This document shows positions 1-7,508 of a stretch of DNA of 40,026 nt, one piece after another. Under the pieces are notes generated by a model. That model was not told the DNA's origin and searched no databases. It saw only the letters and a list, made by a program, of their open reading frames with translations. This DNA comes from Gemmatimonadales bacterium. GTDB taxonomy: Bacteria > Gemmatimonadota > Gemmatimonadetes > Gemmatimonadales > JACORV01. The translations under genes and the position numbers were made by a program. The stretch is from NCBI GenBank assembly GCA_017881505.1, contig JADGQW010000003.1, forward strand, positions 1-40,026, read 5' to 3'. Position 1 is the stretch's first letter; the number at the start of each line of letters is the position of its first letter.

Positions 1-1198
1 GTTCGGCGGCCTCGGCGTGCGCTCGTTCCTCAGCGACAACTTGGCGCTGCGGGTCGAGGGCCGGATGGCGTACGACAAGTACAGCGAGTTCTCCAACGTC
101 GCGTACAACGGCGGCGCCTTCGCCGGCCTGTCGTTCTTCATGGGCGGCGGCCCGCCGAGGGACACGGACGCCGACGGCGTGCCGGACAAGAAGGACAAGT
201 GCCCCAACACGCCCCGTGGCGCGCACGTGTTCCCGGTCGGGAACGCCCGCGCCGGCTGCCCGATGGACAGCGACAACGACGGCGTGTGGGACGGCCTCGA
301 CCAGTGCCCGAACACCCCGCCGAACGCGCGGCCGGTCTACCCGATCGGCAACCCGCGCGCCGGCTGCCCGGTGGACAGCGACAACGACGGCGTGGCCGAC
401 TACCTCGACCGCTGCCCGAACACCCCGGCCAACGCCCGTCCGCTCGACGCGAACGGCTGCCCGGTGGACTCGGACGGTGACGGCGTGGCCGACTACCTCG
501 ACCGCTGCCCGAACACTCCGACCAACGCCCGCCCGGTGGATGCCACGGGCTGCCCGGTCGATAGCGATCACGACAACGTGCCCGACTATCTCGACCGCTG
601 CCCGAACACCCCGGCCAACGCCCGTCCGCTCGACGCGAACGGCTGCCCGGTCGACAGCGACCACGATGGTGTGGCCGACTATCTCGACCGCTGCCCGAAC
701 ACCGCGCCGAACACGCAGGTGGACGCCAACGGCTGCCCGGTGCAGCGCGACAGCGACAACGACGGTGTGACCGACGATCGCGATCGCTGCCCGAACACCC
801 CGGCCAACTCCCGCGTGGATGAGTTCGGCTGCCCGTACCATGAGCTCCCGGCCGCCGGCGCCGCGTTGGTGATCCGGAACATCACGTTCCGCAACAACAC
901 CGCCCGGCTCCTCCCGACGTCGAACGCGGAACTCGACAAGATCGCGACCGCGATCCTGTCGGTCCCGAACAGCCGGTGGGAGGTTGGCGGGTACACCGAT
1001 AACCGTGGCATCCCGGCCGCGAACCAGCGTCTGTCGACGCAGCGTGCCGCTGCCGTGATGGCGTACCTCGTGACCAAGGGCGTGCCGCAGACCGCGATGA
1101 CGGCGGTCGGCTATGGCGCGCAGCACCCGGTGGCGCCGAACACGACGGCCGCCGGGCGTGCCAACAACCGTCGCGTCGAGATGAAGCGGCTCCAGTAG
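1..1198 (+). CDS. OmpA-family outer membrane protein with thrombospondin type-3-like repeats (5'-truncated by window edge)
   Basis: The frame is open from the window start (FGGLGVRSF..., resembling the last beta-barrel strands). It contains seven DxDxDG..D.CP..GCP repeats and a C-terminal OmpA_C-like domain (GYTD, NQRLSTQRA, GYG, NRRVE). Stop TAG at 1196-1198. Confidence 0.93.
   Translation, partial: FGGLGVRSFLSDNLALRVEGRMAYDKYSEFSNVAYNGGAFAGLSFFMGGGPPRDTDADGVPDKKDKCPNTPRGAHVFPVGNARAGCPMDSDNDGVWDGLDQCPNTPPNARPVYPIGNPRAGCPVDSDNDGVADYLDRCPNTPANARPLDANGCPVDSDGDGVADYLDRCPNTPTNARPVDATGCPVDSDHDNVPDYLDRCPNTPANARPLDANGCPVDSDHDGVADYLDRCPNTAPNTQVDANGCPVQRDSDNDGVTDDRDRCPNTPANSRVDEFGCPYHELPAAGAALVIRNITFRNNTARLLPTSNAELDKIATAILSVPNSRWEVGGYTDNRGIPAANQRLSTQRAAAVMAYLVTKGVPQTAMTAVGYGAQHPVAPNTTAAGRANNRRVEMKRLQ
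161..835 (+). repeat. Seven tandem intragenic TSP3-like Ca-binding repeats (core unit 31 aa / 93 bp)
   Basis: Units read DSDNDGVADYLDRCPNTPANARPLDANGCPV and variants. Positions 404-465 are identical to 590-651. Confidence 0.93.
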
Positions 1199-1224
1199 TC
1201 GCCGCTGACGCGCAGGTGCACTGA

Positions 1225-1264
1225 CATCGAGCCCCATCCCAGATCTCCGGGGTGGGGCTCGATG
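1225..1264 (+). terminator. Strong hairpin downstream of ompA; terminator-like but without a U-tract
   Basis: CATCGAGCCCCATCCC (1225-1240) pairs with GGGGTGGGGCTCGATG (1249-1264): a 16-bp stem with one G-U pair and an 8-nt loop. Confidence 0.6.
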
Positions 1265-1292
1265 CATCCCCGCTCATTCTGTCGAGACCGCG

Positions 1293-3635
1293 ATGCGACC
1301 GACCCTCGCCCTCCTCCTCGCCCTGGCAGCCGGCTCCCCCGGAGCCCTCGCCGCCCAGCACCGCCCCCGCCCCCTTCCCACCCCGGCCTCCGTGCTCGGC
1401 TTCGTGCCCGGCACCGACCGCCGGCTCGTCGAGTGGGGGCCGATCGTCGAGTACTTCCGCGTGCTGGACGCGGCGAGCGACCGGGTGAGCGTCCGAACCA
1501 TCGGCCGCACCACCAACGGCGTGCCGTTCCTCGCGGTGTTCGTCTCGAGCGCCGCCAACCTCCGGCGGCTCGGCGCGCTGCGCGACGCCCAGGCCCGGCT
1601 CGCCGACCCGCGCCGCTCCGCCGACTCCGCTGACGCGGCCCGCCTCGCCGCCCGCACCCCGGCGTTCATTCTCATCACCTCGAGCGTCCACTCCACCGAG
1701 GTGGGCGGCATCTTCGCGCCGCTCGAGATCGCCTACCGCCTCGCCACCGCGCGCGGCGGCGAACTGCAGGCCATCCTCGACAGCACCGTCGTCATCCTCG
1801 TCCCATCGCTCAATCCCGACGGCGTGAACATCGTCGCCCGGTGGTATGCCCAGACGCTCGGCGGCGCCGCGGAGGGCTCCTCCCCGCCCGAGCTCTACAA
1901 CCGCTACGTGGGGCACGACGACAACCGCGACTGGTACGCCTTCACGCAGGTCGAGACGCGCCTGGTGGTGGACAGCCTGTACGGCGTCTGGCACCCGCAG
2001 GTCACGATGGACATCCACCAGCAGGGGACCCTCGGCGCGCGCATCTTCGTGCCCCCCTACCGGGATCCCGTCGAACCGAACGTCGACCCCCTGCTGATCG
2101 AGGGGGTCAACGCCCTCGGCACCGCTATCGCGTGGCGCCTCACCGCGGAGGGGCTCACCGGCGTCTCGACGTTCACCGGGTACGACGCGTGGACGCCGGC
2201 GCGCGCGTTCCAGCACTACCACGGCGCGGTCCGCATCCTCACCGAGACCGCCAGCGCCAGCCTCGCGACCCCCATTACCGTCCCGTTCGACAGTCTCCGC
2301 CCAAGTGACGGCCTCGATCCGCAGGCCCGGTCGTGGAACTTCGCGGCGCCGTGGCCCGGCGGCCGGTGGACCCTCGCCGACATCCTCCGGTATCAGACGA
2401 GCGCGGCGATGGCGATGCTCGATCAGGTCGCCCGCAATCGCGGCGCGTGGATCGGCACCTCGCGCCGGGTCGCGGAGCGGGCCGTCCACGGGTGGCCCGA
2501 ATGGCCGTACGCATACGTCATCCCCAACGCCGGCCAGGACGGCGTCGCGGTCGGCACGCTGCTCGAGGCCCTGCGCCACGCCCAGGTCGAGGTCCGGTCG
2601 GCCCTCGCCCCCTTCACCCTCGGACGGGATCGCTTCTCCCCGGGCACCTACGTCGTCGTCCTGCGGCAGCCGTACGCCTCCTTCGTCGCGGCGCTCTTCG
2701 AGAAGCGGTTGTATCCCGACCTGCGCGAGTATCCCGGCGGGCCGCCGATCCGCCCCTACGACGCGACCGCCCACACGCTGCCTCTCCTCCTCGGCGTGCG
2801 GGTCTTCGCCGCAGCGGACTCGCTCCCCATCGCCCTCTCGGCGCCGGTGACCGTGGAGCCGCCCGTCTACCGCGCCGCCGGACTCTCGGCACCGGCCGGC
2901 AACCGGTCCTCACGCCCCGCCGTCCGGCTCGCGGTCTACCGGTCGTACACGGCGCCACTGGACGAGGGGTGGACGCGCTACGTCCTGGACACGTGGAACG
3001 TCCCCTATGAGAGCGTGACCGATTCCCTCGTACGCGGCGGAGGCCTCGGCGCCCGGTTCGACGCCCTAATCCTCCCGAGCATGACGGCGCGCGCCATCGT
3101 CGAGGGGCTCTCCGCGCGACGGTACCCGGCGCGCTTCGCCGGCGGCATCGGCCAGCCCGGGGTGCAGGCCCTGCGCGACTTCGTGGACGGCGGAGGCACG
3201 CTCATCGCACTCGACGACGCCTGCGATTTCGCCATCGACGCGCTCGCGCTCCCGGTGACGAACGCCGTGTCGGGGCTCGGGCCCCGCGAGTTCTACGTGC
3301 CGGGGAGCATCCTGCGCGTGGCGGTGGACACCACGCAGGCACTCGCCGATGGACTGCCGGCGCAGAGCATCGCGTGGGTGGAGTCGGGGATGGCCTTCGA
3401 CGTGCGCGATCCCACGCGGGTGCGCGTCATCGCGCGCTACCCCGCGCAGGCGGCCGATGTCCTCGTCTCGGGGTGGCTGATCGGGGCGCAGAACCTCGTG
3501 GGCCGCGGGGCGCTCGCTGAGGTCCGACTCGGTCGCGGGCGCGTCGTGCTGTTCGGCTTCAAGCCCCAGTACCGGGGTCAGAGCCTCGCGACGCTGCCCT
3601 TCCTGTTCAACGCGATCCGGACCTCGACGCGTTGA
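1293..3635 (+). CDS. Secreted M14-family zinc carboxypeptidase-like protein with C-terminal class I GATase-like domain
   Basis: Signal peptide MRPTLALLLALAAG..ALAA; Zn motif SVHSTE (HxxE); NPDG; HDDNRD; DIHQ; C-terminal DEGWTR..FVDGGGTLIAL. Confidence 0.88.
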   Translation: MRPTLALLLALAAGSPGALAAQHRPRPLPTPASVLGFVPGTDRRLVEWGPIVEYFRVLDAASDRVSVRTIGRTTNGVPFLAVFVSSAANLRRLGALRDAQARLADPRRSADSADAARLAARTPAFILITSSVHSTEVGGIFAPLEIAYRLATARGGELQAILDSTVVILVPSLNPDGVNIVARWYAQTLGGAAEGSSPPELYNRYVGHDDNRDWYAFTQVETRLVVDSLYGVWHPQVTMDIHQQGTLGARIFVPPYRDPVEPNVDPLLIEGVNALGTAIAWRLTAEGLTGVSTFTGYDAWTPARAFQHYHGAVRILTETASASLATPITVPFDSLRPSDGLDPQARSWNFAAPWPGGRWTLADILRYQTSAAMAMLDQVARNRGAWIGTSRRVAERAVHGWPEWPYAYVIPNAGQDGVAVGTLLEALRHAQVEVRSALAPFTLGRDRFSPGTYVVVLRQPYASFVAALFEKRLYPDLREYPGGPPIRPYDATAHTLPLLLGVRVFAAADSLPIALSAPVTVEPPVYRAAGLSAPAGNRSSRPAVRLAVYRSYTAPLDEGWTRYVLDTWNVPYESVTDSLVRGGGLGARFDALILPSMTARAIVEGLSARRYPARFAGGIGQPGVQALRDFVDGGGTLIALDDACDFAIDALALPVTNAVSGLGPREFYVPGSILRVAVDTTQALADGLPAQSIAWVESGMAFDVRDPTRVRVIARYPAQAADVLVSGWLIGAQNLVGRGALAEVRLGRGRVVLFGFKPQYRGQSLATLPFLFNAIRTSTR

Positions 3636-3641
3636 GCACGC

Positions 3642-3932
3642 TCAGAGTCCGGCGGCGAGACGCTTGAACTCCTGGAGCGTGTCGACTTCGAGGCGATAGC
3701 GCACGCGCGGCGGCTCGACCGTCCGCCGCACCCAGCCGGCCTCGTGCAGGACCTTGAGGTGTTGGGACACGGTGGACTGTGCCAGCGGCAGGTGGCTGAC
3801 GATGGCGCCGCAGGTGCAAGGGCTCTTCTGGGTCTGCAGGAAGCGCACGATCGCCGAGCGCGCGGGGTTCCCCAGAGCACGGCAGAGCCGCGCGAGGCGC
3901 GTCCCGGCGTCGATCCCGGTGGCGGGCGTCAT
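3642..3932 (-). CDS. ArsR/SmtB family transcriptional regulator
   Basis: ALGNPAR, CTC in helix alpha3, [13 protein letters not shown] wHTH signature. Start moved to ATG 3932, which has GGAGGAGG 8 nt upstream. Confidence 0.9.
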   Translation of the reverse strand: MTPATGIDAGTRLARLCRALGNPARSAIVRFLQTQKSPCTCGAIVSHLPLAQSTVSQHLKVLHEAGWVRRTVEPPRVRYRLEVDTLQEFKRLAAGL

Positions 3933-4004
3933 TGATGAGTCCTCCTCCGGTCGTCGGACCATGAGTTTCGCAATGTGTCCGCGCCGCTCGGCTCATGGCA
4001 AGCG

Positions 4005-4033
4005 TTGCGCCGCCGGCGCTGCGGGGGTACGCT
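4005..4033 (+). promoter_or_regulatory. Putative sigma70 promoter, leaderless
   Basis: TTGCGC (4005-4010), 17 bp, TACGCT (4028-4033), 7 nt, ATG 4041; no Shine-Dalgarno. Confidence 0.55.
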
Positions 4034-4040
4034 GCCCGCC

Positions 4041-4982
4041 ATGCGCCCGCTCGCGCTGATCGCCGCCGGCCTCTGCATCGCCGCGCACGCGCCCGCCCAG
4101 ACGCCGGCCCGTGTCGAGGTGATCGACTCCGCCCCCCTCGCGGCTCCCCGGCTCGTCGAGAGCTCCGGCGTGACCACCAGCGCGCTCGTCCCCGGGGTGT
4201 ACTGGTCGCACAACGACTCAAGCGACGGACCCTACCTCTACGCCACCGATGCGACCGGGCGGGACCTCGGCGCGGTGCGCGTGGCCGGCGCCCATGCGGT
4301 CGATTGGGAGGAGCTCGCGGCCGGACCGTGCATCGTCGCGCCGGGGCGCTGCCTCTATGCGGCCGACATCGGCGACAACCGGCGCCGCAGGGCGCACGTG
4401 GTCATCTACCGGTTCCGCGAGCCGCCGCCCCCCACCGGCCCGGCGGACACGCTCGGCTCCGTGCCCCTTCTCGACTCCCTCGTGCTCGCGTACCCCGACC
4501 GGCCCCACGACGCCGAGGCCCTCGTCGTGACCCCCGATGGCGCCATCCTCCTCGTCACCAAGGACCTCTTCGGCCCGGCGAGGCTCTTCCGCACGAGCGC
4601 GTCAGGAGGCTCCGAAAGGCGTGCCCTTGCCGAAGTGGGTGTGCTCGAGGTCGAGACGGGGGCGGTGACCGGCCGCCTCGTCACCGGCGCGGCCCTGTCC
4701 CCGGACGGGACGTTGCTCGTCGTCCGTACCTACGTGAGCCTCCACTTCTTCCGCATGCGGGGCGACTCCCTCCCCTCGCCGCTCAACCCCAGGCGCGGCA
4801 TCACGATCCCCGTGATCGAACCGCAGGGCGAAGGGGTGTGTTTCGACGGCCCGGACCGGCTCGTCCTCACTTCGGAGCAGGGGAACGCCTCCCGCGGGAC
4901 GATCGTCCGGCTTCGGATCCTGACCCGTCAGGGCCCGTCGAATCGGCCGGACCCACTGGCACGGCCCGCCGCAGCCCGGTAA
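4041..4982 (+). CDS. Secreted protein, probable beta-propeller (ESSG/HNDS/DWE/IGDN/DAEAL type), function unknown
   Basis: Signal peptide MRPLALIAAGLCIAAHAPA. Repeated acidic blade-like motifs ESSG, HNDS, DWEEL, DIGDN, DAEAL, QGEGV. Confidence 0.7.
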   Translation: MRPLALIAAGLCIAAHAPAQTPARVEVIDSAPLAAPRLVESSGVTTSALVPGVYWSHNDSSDGPYLYATDATGRDLGAVRVAGAHAVDWEELAAGPCIVAPGRCLYAADIGDNRRRRAHVVIYRFREPPPPTGPADTLGSVPLLDSLVLAYPDRPHDAEALVVTPDGAILLVTKDLFGPARLFRTSASGGSERRALAEVGVLEVETGAVTGRLVTGAALSPDGTLLVVRTYVSLHFFRMRGDSLPSPLNPRRGITIPVIEPQGEGVCFDGPDRLVLTSEQGNASRGTIVRLRILTRQGPSNRPDPLARPAAAR

Positions 4983-5034
4983 GTTTGCGCCCCGTTCGGG
5001 CTTGACCGAACCCGTCCGCCGGGAGGCGAACACG

Positions 5035-6135
5035 GTGGAATTTCCCACGACCTACCACATCCCGTTCACCTGGCTGATGCAGCATGGGTGCCCGGCGATC
5101 CGATATCGGACCCTCACGGAGCTCTTCCCCGGTTCCTATCCCGCCGAGGCGGAGGCCATCCGTCCGGAACTCGAAGCGTTCGGACCGGGGCGCCAGATCG
5201 TCAAGAAGCAGAAGGATACCGGCGTCTGGGGCGGGAACCTGCTGGGGGTCTCGCCGAACAAGGCGACGGGCATCAAGGACGTGGGCACGATCCACCAGTA
5301 CCTGCGCCTGGTCGAGTTGTGCTGGGGCCACGAGAGCCGCTCCCTCAAGCTCGGCAGCCGCCTCCTCTTCCGGCTGCTCTCCCGGGATCCGGACCCGAAG
5401 CTCCTGTTCGAGTTCGCGAAGTACGCGTATTCCGAACCGGGAGTGGAGCCGTGGGTGCGCGAGCTGGTCCGTGAGGCGTCCGCCGCCGCGCTGGCCCGTT
5501 CGGGCCTCGGCGAGGATCCGCGCGTCCGCGGCGCCGCGCATTCGGCGGCCAACCAGGTCTCGAACTTCCTGCGCAGTGAGCTCGCAGCCCAGCCGCTGGT
5601 CAAGTCGGGCGGCGCGTGGGTCCTCCATCCGCAGGCGGCCCCTCCGACGATCTTCACCATCGCCGTGCTCGCCCACCTGCCGTCGATCCAGCGGGAGCGA
5701 GCCGGCCTCGTCGAGCGGCTCGGGGTCTACCTCGCGCAGCCGGCGGGGAAGAAGGCATTCGGCATCCAGTGCGGGAAGAAGGTCCTCAAGCAATCCGTCG
5801 TCCTCCTCGGGGACCCGCTCAAGGTCTCGGCCAGCGGACAGACAGACGACCTCCCGTTCGGCCTCTACTGGATGGAACTGCTCGCCCGCCTCGGACTGCT
5901 CCGTTCTTCCACTACGGCGCCGAAGCTCTGGGGCAGGCTCGTCAAGGACAGCGACGAAGTCGGCGTCTGGAAGCCGCGGAACCTCCGCGCTCTCCCCAAA
6001 CGCGTCTCGCCCTGGTCGTACCACGCCTTCCCGCTCGAAGGCGAGGGGAAGACCGTGGAGAGCCGCCAGACCGACGTGACCTTCCGGATGGCGCTGATCG
6101 CTCGCCTCGCCGGATGGGATATCACCGCATCGTAG
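5035..6135 (+). CDS. Hypothetical protein, possibly alpha-helical toroid (prenyltransferase-like QW-type motifs)
   Basis: Strong host codon bias; GTG 5035 with GGAGG at 5022-5026; motifs QKDTGVWGG and DEVGVW. Confidence 0.7.
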   Translation: MEFPTTYHIPFTWLMQHGCPAIRYRTLTELFPGSYPAEAEAIRPELEAFGPGRQIVKKQKDTGVWGGNLLGVSPNKATGIKDVGTIHQYLRLVELCWGHESRSLKLGSRLLFRLLSRDPDPKLLFEFAKYAYSEPGVEPWVRELVREASAAALARSGLGEDPRVRGAAHSAANQVSNFLRSELAAQPLVKSGGAWVLHPQAAPPTIFTIAVLAHLPSIQRERAGLVERLGVYLAQPAGKKAFGIQCGKKVLKQSVVLLGDPLKVSASGQTDDLPFGLYWMELLARLGLLRSSTTAPKLWGRLVKDSDEVGVWKPRNLRALPKRVSPWSYHAFPLEGEGKTVESRQTDVTFRMALIARLAGWDITAS

Positions 6136-6240
6136 CGTGAGTTGGCGCGGTCGTACGGTGCTCGATCACCGGCCCGGCCGCGCCATCACTTTCCACCACA
6201 CACTCCGGCAAAGCACCGAACTGTCAATTTTCCATACAGC

Positions 6241-6275
6241 TTGACATCTCGTGTCGTAGTAGCAAATAGTACTAC
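6241..6275 (+). promoter_or_regulatory. Sigma70 promoter overlapped by palindrome GTAGTA-N8-TACTAC (putative TrmB autoregulatory operator)
   Basis: Perfect TTGACA at 6241-6246; AATAGT at 6265-6270 (18-bp spacer); inverted repeat 6256-6261/6270-6275; ATG at 6277. Confidence 0.65.
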
Positions 6276-6276
6276 T

Positions 6277-6999
6277 ATGCCGCTCGATCGCTTCGGATTC
6301 ACCAAGACGCAAGACACCGTGTACAGGGCACTGCTCCGGCGCGACGGGGCCACCGGATACGCCATCGCGCGGGACACGGGGCTCGCACGCGCGAACGTCT
6401 ATCAGGCGCTCGACGCCCTGGTGGTTCGCGGCGTCGCCCGGTCGAGTGGCGGACGGCCGGCGACGTACCGGGCGGCCGACCCGGCTGACGCGATCGCAAT
6501 CCTCGCGAAGCGCGCGGAGCTGGACCTGAAGACGCTCGCCGGGGAGTTCGGCGTGCGGACCGGGTCCCGCTCACGGACCCCGGCCGCCGCGGGCCGGGAA
6601 GTGGAGTGCCTGGAGGGCTCGGCGGCGCTCTTCGACGCGGCGGCGGCGGCGGCGGACGACGCGGAACACGAGGTCCTCGCTGTGGTCGGTCCGTGGGCCC
6701 CCTTCGTCGGCGAGGCACTCGCGCGCGCCCGGAGCCGCGGCGTCGCGTGGAAGGTGGTCTCGCTCGGCGCGCCGGCGCCCGAGGGTGCCGCGCTCCGGGC
6801 GGTCCCCTCCGCCGAGCTCACGGCGTACTGGGGGGGACTTCCGGTGGCGCTGGTGTGCGACCGCACCATCGCGGTCTGCGGGATCCTCTCGGGGACCCGC
6901 GCCGAGGGGATACGCTCCGCCAACGGCGGCCTCGTGCCCTTCCTACGCCATCTCCTGCGACGCGAGCTCGCCACGGCCACAGTGCCGCGCGTATCTTGA
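6277..6999 (+). CDS. TrmB-family transcriptional regulator
   Basis: N-terminal wHTH FGFTKTQDTVYRALL..ATGYAIARDTGLARANVYQALDAL, followed by an effector-domain-like region. The ORF-track start at 6142 is too early. Confidence 0.85.
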   Translation: MPLDRFGFTKTQDTVYRALLRRDGATGYAIARDTGLARANVYQALDALVVRGVARSSGGRPATYRAADPADAIAILAKRAELDLKTLAGEFGVRTGSRSRTPAAAGREVECLEGSAALFDAAAAAADDAEHEVLAVVGPWAPFVGEALARARSRGVAWKVVSLGAPAPEGAALRAVPSAELTAYWGGLPVALVCDRTIAVCGILSGTRAEGIRSANGGLVPFLRHLLRRELATATVPRVS

Positions 7000-7025
7000 G
7001 GTCCGGTCCCCCGGAGGAACGCGCG

Positions 7026-7391
7026 ATGGACGACGACGGTCACGAGCCGCTCGCGCAGGCGATGCAGCTCTTGCGCGCGGAGTACCTCGCGGATTCGCCT
7101 GAACGGGTCCGCGAGCTCTCAGAGGCGCTGGGTCGGTTGCGGACCAAGGACCTGGCCGCGCTCGCCGATTTACAGCGCTACTTCCATCGCCTGGCGGGCT
7201 CCGGCGGCTCGTACGGATTCCCCCTCGTCACCGACCGCGGCCGGGCGGCGGAGCAGGCGGTCGCGCGGCTTGCCGCCGAGCAGCGGCCCCTCGTGCGGGA
7301 GGACTTCGCCGCGCTCGAGCAGCACGTTCTCGGCGTCACCGAGGCGTTCCGCGACGCCCAGCGGGGATTCGCCGGGAATCCGCCCAGCTGA
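7026..7391 (+). CDS. Stand-alone Hpt (histidine phosphotransfer) domain protein
   Basis: HRLAGSGGSYGF matches the Hpt HxLxGSxxxxG signature; GGAGGA RBS at 7013-7018. Confidence 0.85.
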   Translation: MDDDGHEPLAQAMQLLRAEYLADSPERVRELSEALGRLRTKDLAALADLQRYFHRLAGSGGSYGFPLVTDRGRAAEQAVARLAAEQRPLVREDFAALEQHVLGVTEAFRDAQRGFAGNPPS

Positions 7392-7508
7392 CCTCGGGCG
7401 GTAGGCGGCGTCGCGCTCCGCCGCCCGCCGTCTTGCCGCCGCGCCCACCCCGCTGCACATTCGCTCGCCCGATCCCGTCCGACCCCCACGCTCAACCGGG
7501 AGCGCCCC

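Noticed and set aside
161-835. Regularly spaced DNA repeats as a possible CRISPR array
   Set aside because: They are in-frame protein repeats with no unique spacers, and there are no cas genes.
6222-6246. TGTCAA...TTGACA as a divergent antisense promoter or sRNA
   Set aside because: The minus-strand TTGACA has no plausible -10 box at 16-18 bp, and I saw no structured RNA in 6136-6220.
6636-6657. GCG run as a phase-variable repeat
   Set aside because: It is an in-frame poly-Ala tract, ordinary in high-GC coding DNA, and a triplet unit would not shift the frame.
7392-7440. GC-rich hairpin after the Hpt gene as a terminator
   Set aside because: The pairing is imperfect, easily arises by chance at this GC content, and has no U-tract.
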